From assembly GCF_041146345.1 (NCBI RefSeq), contig NW_027191417.1:682001-746000 (forward strand): a stretch of DNA of 64,000 nucleotides, given 5' to 3'. The notes beneath the pieces are model-generated. The model was not told the origin of the DNA, did not search any database, and worked only from the letters and a program-made list of their open reading frames with translations. The DNA comes from Neodothiora populina. Lineage: Eukaryota. A program made the translations under genes and the position numbers. Position 1 is the stretch's first letter; each line of letters starts with the position of its first letter. Below are positions 24,173 to 34,447 of this stretch, one piece after another.

Positions 24173-25998
24173 TCATTTGGGGACTCTGGTTGGGGGAGTG
24201 GGAGTGGGAGTGGGAGTGGGAGGGGGAGATGGGATTGGGGATTCTTCGTTGACGTCGTCTTGGTCTTGGTCTCCTTAGTCTTCGTCGTCTTCGTTGTCGT
24301 CTTCGTCGTCCCCTTCGTCTCCTTCACCCTCGCGTCGTTGTCTCAATCTTCTTCGTCGTTCTCGTTCACGTCTACGTCGTCGTCGTCTCACGAGATACCA
24401 ATAACATAATATCAATGTCAAATCGTGGTTGGAATTTGTAGATTGTAGGTGTTCTCAGTGCCTCTAGGATTTGTTCCTCCATCATTTTCTTGTTTCTGTT
24501 TAAAAGAGATACTGCGTAGCTAATGTAGAGCTACTATAGCTGCCGTACAGTGCGGGGTAGAGATAAGAGAGTGTAGTAGAGGGAGATACAGTACAGTAAG
24601 TTACCTTATACATCGCAAAGTTACTGCGGGGGTGAGAGGTGAGGTGGAGTGAAGTGACTATCAGGAACTCAAGACATATAGAGACACACACAAGACGCAC
24701 AGAGAAAGAAGAAAAAGCAAAGACCAACATATCTCTTCCATCGCCAGATATCTTACGCTACTGCTTCCGTCATGTGACCCCGAGAACGTAATTCACGTAC
24801 CTTGCGCGACTTGGCAATTCAATTCAAGGCGTAGACTCGAACGTTGGAAGTGTTGCGCAAGCTAGATGAATGCATGCATGCATGCATGGGATATACCTCT
24901 AGTTTATTGTCCGAGTACCTAAGGTAGGAAGCACTACATGCTCTGTCAGAATGATGACTTGCACTGTACCTTTTATACTCCTCTTCGTCCATCCGTACAT
25001 ACCTGCCTCATTTACCAGCCTTAGCCTGATGCCTACGCGAGATACTATCGTTCTGCACAGCCTACCACCTCTCGTCCTTTCCTAGTCACACAACAGCAAT
25101 TTACAGAGAACCCCTCCCACTCACGAAAGAACAAAGACCCCCTTGCTTCAGATACCAAAGACCAAGTGAAACCTCGGCACCTAGATCAAACAGACGCAGA
25201 GAAATGACACCTGAACGTCTCCACGGGATATGTCTCTTACCTTGTGAGCCCCCTACATTGATCTAGCATCATTCAATCTCGAGACGATTGAGTCAATCAA
25301 GACGGCGCAGGTATGACTATGTGACCATGTCACATGATCGCACAAACGCACGACCACGCGAAGATTGCGAAAAGATTGCGAAAAGAACTAGAGGCCGCGC
25401 ATGCGCCTGGCAATGTCGCTTTTCTGAACTATCCTCTCAAAGTACCAGCTTTGAGAGTGGAGAATTGGAAGGTCAGGAAGGATACAGGGGCAACAATGGC
25501 ATAGTTTAACTAGCACAACAGCCGAAGAACCAAACAAATGACAACTTGAGATTCGAGAAACTCGAAGAATGTTGATCGAGTGAAAGGGGCAATCCGTGTA
25601 GGGCAGACAGATCACTATTGTCTATTCGAAGGAAGAAGCCAGGAGATTGGACGTTCATATAGACGAGAAGAAAGAAAGGCTCCACGCAGTGGCGCCGTCC
25701 GCGCAGGACACACCGTCGTACACACCAGCAGTCTCTTGAGTCATGCACACACAAGAAGTTTTCTATGGTCTTGATTCGAGTTGTGTTGGATGAAATGTTG
25801 TTAATGTACATGAAGATGCATGCTTTCTCTTGGACAATAGAGAAGAAAAAGGTTACAGAGGATATGCTCGCCTGCAGAGAAGTAAAAAGTGGTAAAAGCA
25901 AAAAGGGTAACAAGTGACAATAAGGTTTTTGAAACAAAAAAGGAAAATGCGTGCCGATGGTTGGGTCTTTCGCTCGTATCAGGTCTTCATCCGACCCG

Positions 25999-28900
25999 TC
26001 AGTTCCATCCGAGAGAGTTCTCGGCCATGACGGGTGCGCTGATGCCCTGTTCCCTCACACTGCGTCCGTTGCTGCTGCCTCCACTATTCCGGCTGCCTCT
26101 AGCGCTGGGTGAGACACGGCCTGGAGCACGTCCACCGCTCATGAAGAATCCGCCCATGCCACCACCACTGTGACGCTGGCTCATCTCGGGTCCCATGCCA
26201 GGAACGCTACTAGTGCGTGCGTGTCCAGCACGCTTCTTCTTGTAACGTCTGGCTACCAGAACCATGGCAGCTGCGTAGGCGGCTGCACCTGCGACGGCAC
26301 CGACACCGATTCCGACTGAAGTGCCGTTGACGGGCGAGGAACTGCCCGAATCCCCGCCAATTGGCGCACCATCGCCAGCAGACGACGTGGTCGTCGAGGA
26401 CTGAGCGTTAGTGTTGGCAGAACCTTCCCTGCCGAGGGTGGAACCGTACAGGATTGGAATCGATGGGTTGACCATGGACAGCAGGAACTTGGTGGATGGA
26501 TCAGGGTTGTTGTAAATAGCCGAGACAGGAGTGTGAATGTCAAGCTGTAGCTGATTCACCATGTCAGTGGGAATGTAAGCGAGTGCCAGAGTGGTGATGT
26601 AGTGGAGATCGCCGGTGGTGTCGTATGGTTGGAGCGAGTACATGGCCACCTGGCTAGTGTCGATGCCTAGACCATGGGCGAGACCCTCGGGGAGATAGTC
26701 GAAGATCTGCTTGGCCGACTTCCACTGGCTCACGACGAAGGGATAGTTGAGCCCATGGTTGAAACCGATCTGGACCAGAGTTGAGTTGGCGGGCGCTTCC
26801 GGCATGCCACCTGGGGCCTGGATGACACGGGGCAAGTTGGTTGGAATACCAGTGGACGTCGCGGTCACCGTCGTCTGAGTTTCGGTGTCGGATGGCTGAT
26901 AGAGGATACTCGTGAGCGCGGGCTCAGAAGTGTACGAATCAGTTCCTGTTGGCACAATGGTGATTGGCGCTTGAGATGTGGTAGGCGAAGAAGCTTCAGT
27001 TACAGCTGGACTGGGTGAAGTGACAATCTCGGTTGCAGGGGCCGAAGTGCTGACGGGAATCTCAGTGGTAGGGGCTAGCGTGGTCATAGGTTCAGAAGGA
27101 ACTGCAGATGTCAAGATTGAACTCTCTAGGCTGGCGGACGTCAAGGCAGATGCTCCACCGATCACTGCAACGTCGGTCGAGGATGAAGTGTTTGAAGACG
27201 CGGAAAGAGTCGCGGCAGTGCTAGTGGCTGACAGGCTTGCAGCGCTGACGTTCGAATCGGATGAGCTCAGAGGGAATGACGTTGACTCTGAAAGCGGCAC
27301 CGAGGTGGAAAACGCGATGGCCGCAGTGGGTGTGCTGTTCGAGGTAGAGCTACCCGACGCAAGTGATGCGGTTGTCGAGACCACGGAAGTGTTCAATTCT
27401 GATCCGGTAAGCGCCGATGTGGCAGATGCCAGCGACCCAGAAGCCGTTCCAGACGAGACTACACCGTCAGTGCCGGTAGGGAATATGCCGGCGCCGATGG
27501 GAGCCGAAGAGTTGGATGCACCAGTAACCGAAGGGAATGCAGAACTTCCATCACTACCACTTGGCTGGCTTGAGTTTGACTCGGGGGACAGCGATGCTGC
27601 GGCAGCGGACGATGCCAATGCGGAAGAGATGGAGGATAGCAAGGACGATGGTGGCGAGGTGACAGCTACGGGAATGATCACAGACCCAGACGTCGAAGCA
27701 CTGAATGAAGTGATGGATGGACTGTTGGCCGACGCTGGAGATGTGGCAGTCACTGCGAGTGGCGAAGTGCCGTCAGTAGACAATGCGGTCGACTCGTTCG
27801 AAGAACCTTCGCCTGAAGACACGATGCTTGAAGACCCAGACGATGTCGCGGCTGCAGCGGTAATGTCTGTACCAGTAGCTGACGAGTTGACTGATGTATT
27901 TGCAGTGGCGGAAGTTCCGACAATAGTCGAGTCAGTGGCGGTCGAAGACGCATTGGCGACAGCGGAATCTGCCGCGGTAGTTGATGCGCCGCCAATACCA
28001 ACAGAAAGGCTATCGCTGGTAGTGGCAGTCGTGTTTGGTAGAGTAGAGTCCGACAAAGCTGGAATCAAGCCAGTCGACGATGCCGAGCCGGAAGTCAAGG
28101 ACAGATTGGCTGTGGTCGTAGCTGGTGTAGTGTTGACCGAAGCAGCGACAACCAAAGATGATGAGACGCTGGACAACACACTTGAAGCTTCAGCAGCGGC
28201 AGACTCAGAAACGGAAACGTCGGTAGCAGTTGCGGCCACGCTAGAGACAGATGCAGACAGGGATGAGGCGAGGCTAGAGATAGCATTGCTCACTTCAGTT
28301 GCGGTCGTTGCTGCATCAGAGCTTGCCTGAGTTGGGAGAATCTCCGAGACACCAGACGACAAGTCGGAGGCCACGTTGGACAGCAGACCGGTAAGACCAC
28401 CTGTCGCAGAACCACTGATGATACCGATACCAAGGGGAGCAGAGGTAATGGTAGCCGCACTGTCGCTGCTTGTGATAAGGGGAATGAGGGGGATCAGGGT
28501 TGTGCCGGAAGAGCTAGCGGTAGTGCTGAGAAGAGTATCGTTGTCGGAAAGCGGGGCAGAGGTATTGTCAGCAAGTGCACCGGTCGAGGAAGGAAGCAAG
28601 GCAGAGTCGGTGACTCCAGCCGAGGATGCGACAGAGAAAGCATTTGCAACTGATCCAGCGGATCCCGTGGATGACGCAACGCCACCTGTAAGAGTAGCAG
28701 AAACAGCAGAGATACCACTGGCAGTGGGACTGTAAGATCTAGCCTCGGAGCTCAAAGACAATGTGGGTTGAAGAAGACCAGAAGCAGAGAGGTCGACAAG
28801 AGATGTGACTCCACTGATAATCGAAGACAGACCTACAAGAATTCCGGAACCTGAGCTAGAAGCAGCTGTGGCGGCGGACAGGTCGTCTCCAGAGGTCGTT

Positions 28901-30756
28901 GCCGAAGGCTGAACAATGATGGCAGGAATGATACCGGTACCACTGCTTCCAGACGCACTGGATACAGATGATGGCTCAATCTGTTCGCTTGCAGCGGTCA
29001 CTATCGATGACGAAGAGGCGCCAGTGGGCTGGACCTCGCTGGACGATGCAACCGGTGCGCCGGTAGAAGCAACACGGCCACTGTCACTGGAAGTAGCGGC
29101 TGACGACGAAAGCAATCCGGTAGGAATTACAGATTCAGACACAGATGCAAGACCTCCAGTTGATCCCACGATGTCGGTGCTACTGGCAAGCGATGAGGGC
29201 GACGAAGACGCTGTTGGAAGAACAGACTCAGAGGTCGGGCCACCAGTAGAGGCGACAGCGCTTTGCGCAACAGTCGATCCCGTGCTGGTGCTAGAGGCTG
29301 TGGGTGAAACAGATTCGCCGACAACTCCACCAGTAGACGCGACAAATACGGAGGTGGATGAGCTGTCTCCAGATGCTGTACGAGTTACAGACTCGGAGGT
29401 TACGACTCCGGACGATGCAGCGGCAACGGGAGCTGAAGTGCTGTCACTAGCCGCCGTAGGGGAGACGGATTCAGAGGTTACCACTCCTGTCGATCCCACG
29501 CGCGGGGAAGCAGAGACAATCGATGTAGCATCAGCTGAAGCAGTTGGAGAGACCGACTCAGATGCGACAGATCCAGTCGAGCCAACAGACGAAGACGTGG
29601 CAGCGATGGAAGTGCTGTCAACAGAAGCGGTGGGTGAAACCGACTCAACCACTGGTCCTCCGGTCGATCCAATCACGACTGCAGCTGGGGTGGAAGAGCT
29701 GCTTTCAGCAGCGGCGGTGGGAGTGACCGATTCACTGACAGGTCCTCCAGTTGATCCAACGACGACAGCGGCAGCCACATTGCTAGAACTGGATGCTGTT
29801 GGCGAGACTGACTCGGAGACAACACTGGCACCAGTCGACGCGAAGGTTGATGCAGGTGTCGATGAAGTTTCTGTAGGAGCCGGGCTCGATGTTGCAGGGG
29901 TCGGCTGGACTTCGTCCGAGGAAGCAATGTTTGCGCCGGTCGATGCCACGAAAGTCGAAGATGCAACATCAGCGCTCGAAGGGGCACTAGATGTTACTGG
30001 CTCTGGAGTGGCAGGAGTAGGCTGGACTTCTTCGGCGGAAGCGACTCCAGCACCTGTGGATGCAACGCTGGAACTGCTGGAGGGAGCAGTAGGCGTCACA
30101 CTCTCGCTCACTGCAGATCCGGTGGGCGCTGCTTCGGTGCCGACGGCCTCGCTGGTCGAAGCCAGCGACGATGACGACGAAGGCTCGACTGATGATGAGC
30201 TTGACATGATCGAACTGGGAGTTGACAAAGGCGCGGTCGGCGCAACTATGGTCGGTGGGATACCTCCCGTAGAGCCAAGATCCGACGAAGACGACGGTCC
30301 GAATGAATCAAAGCTATCCGAGAAGAAGCTGTTGAAAAAGCTGGGTTGGGAAAAGGTACTGCTGGTAGGAGTGGCGACTGATGATGAAAAATCGGTCAAA
30401 GATGACGAGGTAACTGTCGAGGTTGCTGTGTCCGGCACAGGAGACGACGGGGCGGGGGACGAAGAAGGGGTGGAGGTGACCGCGGAGGAAAGCATGCCAC
30501 CGGCGAAAAGTGACTCCATCCATGAATTGCTCGAAGATGCAGGTTGAGAATCAGAACGCGATTCCAACGAAGTCGATGACGAAAATGTGCCATTGTCTTG
30601 TCTTTTCGCAGGTCTTGGAAAGTAATACTTCGGTTGTTCTCCATCCGCATGCGCTCGAGGGGCAGGAGCAGCCTCGGCAGTCGTGAGCATTGGGCCTTGA
30701 GTGGACATCAGGGCCAGGGCAGCGACCCACACGGCCATGGAAGTTGTGTGGGGCAT
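25999..30756 (-). CDS. MSB2: Signalling mucin Msb2/Hkr1 family (1585 aa)
   Basis: Signal peptide, long Ser/Thr-rich ectodomain, HMH-like domain (LVQIGFNHGLNYPFVV..QIFDYLP..LQPYDT..YITTLALAYIP), one TM helix, RRYKKKR, C-terminal ISAPVMAENSLGWN. Confidence 0.95.
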   Translation of the reverse strand: MPHTTSMAVWVAALALMSTQGPMLTTAEAAPAPRAHADGEQPKYYFPRPAKRQDNGTFSSSTSLESRSDSQPASSSNSWMESLFAGGMLSSAVTSTPSSSPAPSSPVPDTATSTVTSSSLTDFSSSVATPTSSTFSQPSFFNSFFSDSFDSFGPSSSSDLGSTGGIPPTIVAPTAPLSTPSSIMSSSSSVEPSSSSSLASTSEAVGTEAAPTGSAVSESVTPTAPSSSSSVASTGAGVASAEEVQPTPATPEPVTSSAPSSADVASSTFVASTGANIASSDEVQPTPATSSPAPTETSSTPASTFASTGASVVSESVSPTASSSSNVAAAVVVGSTGGPVSESVTPTAAAESSSSTPAAVVIGSTGGPVVESVSPTASVDSTSIAATSSSVGSTGSVASESVSPTASADATSIVSASPRVGSTGVVTSESVSPTAASDSTSAPVAAASSGVVTSESVTRTASGDSSSTSVFVASTGGVVGESVSPTASSTSTGSTVAQSAVASTGGPTSESVLPTASSSPSSLASSTDIVGSTGGLASVSESVIPTGLLSSSAATSSDSGRVASTGAPVASSSEVQPTGASSSSIVTAASEQIEPSSVSSASGSSGTGIIPAIIVQPSATTSGDDLSAATAASSSGSGILVGLSSIISGVTSLVDLSASGLLQPTLSLSSEARSYSPTASGISAVSATLTGGVASSTGSAGSVANAFSVASSAGVTDSALLPSSTGALADNTSAPLSDNDTLLSTTASSSGTTLIPLIPLITSSDSAATITSAPLGIGIISGSATGGLTGLLSNVASDLSSGVSEILPTQASSDAATTATEVSNAISSLASSLSASVSSVAATATDVSVSESAAAEASSVLSSVSSSLVVAASVNTTPATTTANLSLTSGSASSTGLIPALSDSTLPNTTATTSDSLSVGIGGASTTAADSAVANASSTATDSTIVGTSATANTSVNSSATGTDITAAAATSSGSSSIVSSGEGSSNESTALSTDGTSPLAVTATSPASANSPSITSFSASTSGSVIIPVAVTSPPSSLLSSISSALASSAAAASLSPESNSSQPSGSDGSSAFPSVTGASNSSAPIGAGIFPTGTDGVVSSGTASGSLASATSALTGSELNTSVVSTTASLASGSSTSNSTPTAAIAFSTSVPLSESTSFPLSSSDSNVSAASLSATSTAATLSASSNTSSSTDVAVIGGASALTSASLESSILTSAVPSEPMTTLAPTTEIPVSTSAPATEIVTSPSPAVTEASSPTTSQAPITIVPTGTDSYTSEPALTSILYQPSDTETQTTVTATSTGIPTNLPRVIQAPGGMPEAPANSTLVQIGFNHGLNYPFVVSQWKSAKQIFDYLPEGLAHGLGIDTSQVAMYSLQPYDTTGDLHYITTLALAYIPTDMVNQLQLDIHTPVSAIYNNPDPSTKFLLSMVNPSIPILYGSTLGREGSANTNAQSSTTTSSAGDGAPIGGDSGSSSPVNGTSVGIGVGAVAGAAAYAAAMVLVARRYKKKRAGHARTSSVPGMGPEMSQRHSGGGMGGFFMSGGRAPGRVSPSARGSRNSGGSSNGRSVREQGISAPVMAENSLGWN
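29020..30130 (-). repeat. About 13 degenerate coding tandem repeats (consensus VxSTGxxxSESVxPTA plus spacer) in MSB2
   Basis: Counted in the translation; boundaries approximate. Confidence 0.8.
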
Positions 30757-33700
30757 GTTGGTATCAATATTGTTGTATTAGTAGTTGTTAAGGCGATGTC
30801 AAGGCTTGTGTAGTTGAAGATGAAGTGACGTCTATTCCGATGCTTGAGCTGGTCGAGTGATGGTCAGGCGACTGACAGTGACGCTGAGTTGGACAGCGGC
30901 TTCTCACTGCCAGGAAAGTCGGTATAAACGAGTGTACTTGACAAAGCAAGGAAAATGTTCTAATCCGGATACCTGTTGTTGTCAGTCCTTGCCGGGGTTG
31001 ATGATGTGTGTCGGAAACGGGCTTCCAGATGTCGACGGGTCAAGAGGCCAGGCGGCCAGTGTATCTTGGAAGTGTGGCGCAATGCGGGTGGTTATAGAAG
31101 GAGATAGGAACCGCAATATACGTACCGAGAGTACCAGATTATTTGGCGATATGAACGGTCAAGTGAGCGCCAAAGGAAAAAAGAGCAAAGTGTAATGTTG
31201 TGTAGTGATGAAACACTAGAGCATTGCTTTACAAGCCAATCGCGGGCTGGGCAGTTGCAATCAAATGAGTGTAAGGGGGTCGGTCCTCCAAAAGGCGCGG
31301 TGAAGGTGTGGAGCAGACGGTGCTGGCGATGCCGTGGCGGGAAACGGCAAGATGGCTTGACCGTTGGCAGGACGTGTACGTCTAAATGTGTGAAATCGCT
31401 GTTGCTATTGTTCTTATGCTTGTCGTCAAGGAAAGACTGTGTTCGAGAGAGAGCAAATGCGCGTCGTCGTGTACAGGCACATCAAAAGATAGATAGAGCT
31501 GCAGCAAGGCGAGAAGGATAAATTCCGTCCGATGGCAACAAAGAAGATCGACTATGCTATTTCCCCGAAGTCAAGTCAAATTGTGTGAGTCGTCGAACAA
31601 AGGCCCGCCCTACACGAGCAAAGGGGAGGCGAGGCGAAGGACAAAGAGCGCGCAAGAAGCGTTTCGTTCTTGTTTCGTTCTTGTGCGCTGTCGCAACGTT
31701 GACGGGTGGAGATTGCGTTGGCTTTGTCGGCGCCTCTTGTGTAAACAGCGAACGAAGTCTTGATTCCAGCAAGACCAGACGCAACACGAATGATAAGATA
31801 ATTAAAAGAAAAAAGCGGAAGAAAAAATCGGAATCTGGACCTTGACTTGTCGACAGAGATCGTCCTGGGGTGATGTCGTCGTGGTCGTCGTGGTCGTCGC
31901 TCGAGAATAGGTGGAAAGCGAGTGTGGGTCGGTGCACCAGGAGTGCAAGTTTTGGGACGGAAGTGGTAAGAGTGGGAGAATGAACAGTGCCAAGGCAGAA
32001 GGCACGGCGGTCGGAGAGCAATCTAAGGACAAGGTCTAAGGGCCAAGGGTGAGAAAGGGGGGCCTGCGCGTTGTTTAACTAACGGCAGAGGAGGAAACGT
32101 CCCAACGTTCGACGTTGCGTTGCGACACAGCGCGATCGCCTATGGGATGAAGGGCAAAAGGCAGGTCGTCGCGCGATGACCGTTGGCTTCTGATGCACTC
32201 GTCTGTCGGTGGCTTTGCAACACGAGTCTTGCGAACTACGTCAAGAGAATCAGGACGAGAAGGAAAAAAAGAGAAATCTGACGCCAGAACTCGAGCATAC
32301 AGAGAGAGATGCAGTGATGCGGCGTGCAGAATGATATTACGGTACGGGGGATCGGGTAGTCTGACAATGGTACAGTACAGTACTTGTACAGCATCTTCAA
32401 GTACCTTACCGTACTGTGCCTTAGCTTGGTACACTTGGTGGTGCACAGAGAAGCGCACGCGTGAGCATCCGAGCACGAGCACCAGAAGCACAAGCACAGC
32501 CTTCGCCGCCAGACAGACTAAGGTCGCACTTTGTTGCTGCTCAATCTACTCACCCACTGTCGCAGCCAGACCATGGCCGTATCGAGCTTAGCTTCGTGTC
32601 GTACCTGGCGGCATCCCACATTTCTCGCGCATCTCGCCAATTGCCCTGATTCACCAAAAATAGTACAGTAGAATGCAGTCGAACAATGTTTGTTTGTGGA
32701 CTGCGGTCCTCTACCTGATGCGTCGCGATCAAGCAAATATCCTATGCCGTGCTTGCTCGACCAATTGTGAATTATAACCTCACCCAGACAATTTTCTATC
32801 CATCAATCCACATCTCCGTGCCCTCTGGATCACAATGAGCGCGCTTCAGAGCATTGCACGGTATCGCTGTACTTGCACCGTGCATCGCGTGAGGCCACGC
32901 TGGCTATCGATCACCGGAAGGCCCATTGTGCGAGTGCTCTCAAGCTTCAATAGTGGTTTCTCCATTCGTCAAGGTCCGCCACTTGGTGGTAAGACGAAAC
33001 CATTTCGACCAAGGGTGGATGAATCGCGCTACAGTCCAGCCTCTGCTCTGTCGATCGCAAACAACGCATTTGGCGGGCTACCTGCTGTGGTATCGCACAT
33101 GAACGTGCTGTGTTATGTCGCTGCTGGCTGAAGCTGCTAACGAGGGTTGTGGAGATTGGAGGCCTGCCTACATCATTCATGGGCTCCACTCTCCCGCACC
33201 TTTAAAACTCTGAAATAAGCGGGGCGGACCCCGAGATACCCAGACATTTGCTGAGCTCGCCATGCAATAATAGCCCAAGAGTGAGCGCCATGTGTAGGAG
33301 AATACATAATTACTCACCACCAAGGTACCCGTCGCCATCAATGTATTTTACCTCTCGGACATTGAGACTATTGAAGCCCTAAAGGTCTACCGTCGAGTAA
33401 GGTACGTACAAAAGTACTTCTCCATGCAGTTCAGAGGCTTGACACATGTGGAAATCATTGTACTGTTACGGTACGCTGTACAGCAGCCCGAGGAACAATG
33501 GAAATGGTCTCTATTGGTATCTCTAGAGAGGCTTCGGCCCTAACAAAGTCGACTATCCACACGTCGAAAGAGTAGGTTGCGCGTTTCTCCAGGACCATCA
33601 CACACATGCATACACAGAAAGGCAGCCGAAACGCTACACACGTCTTAGTTCAAACCAGTCGTCCCTCCACATCTGTTTCTCCGAGTCAGTAAACATGGTG

Positions 33701-34447
33701 CTAGCTGTTTATTCTGAGATGGTCAGTCCCATCATGGTATCTGCGCAGGAATCTGTCAAGCACGAGCCATGCGAGCTGCTGTAAATGAGGCAGGAGCATA
33801 GGCGACTGCACCGAGCGCCTTGTAGGACTATACTTGTAGTATATATCTAAAGTCAAACAAATCATGGTATTTTCAGCTGCAATGCAGTGGCAGAAGGATG
33901 TGCAGCTCGACGATGAAGCGGGAGATATATCACACCCGGTGTGTGACCATGCCTTGTCATGAGTTGTCGCTGAGCGTACTGGGTGGCAAGTCAAGTTCCC
34001 TACCTTGGTATGAATCGAAGATGGTCGCGGGTGGGATGCTGCTGGATTTGTCCCAATTCTTGGCATTGGAAGAACTAGTCCTCCCAAGCGGTATGAATGC
34101 TGCTTGCCTGTTGAACAATCTGCTGTGCGAACAGGAATCATTTTCGCGGAATGTTGCAAATCGAGCAGAGCGATCTATCTATTTCTCCATCGAATCGCAG
34201 ATACTCCTGCTGAATTTTAGGCGTGCGCCTTGATTATGAATGGACAACAGTCTTCGGCGCTATATCACATTACCATAGTGGAGGAGTGACGTCGCCTTAC
34301 GCGACGCGACGCGGAAGGGTCAAAGTAATCAGACACAAATTGTAGAACACCCTTTTGCACTGCACTACTGCACACTGTATCAACGTACAGCTCGATGTGT
34401 GGTGGATCAATCCGACGGGGGCAGATAAGTCGTTTCCTTTGTTCATC

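Noticed and set aside
26978..30547. 450-aa and 543-aa acidic antisense ORFs
   Set aside because: Mirror of the Ser/Thr/Ala-rich MSB2 codons.
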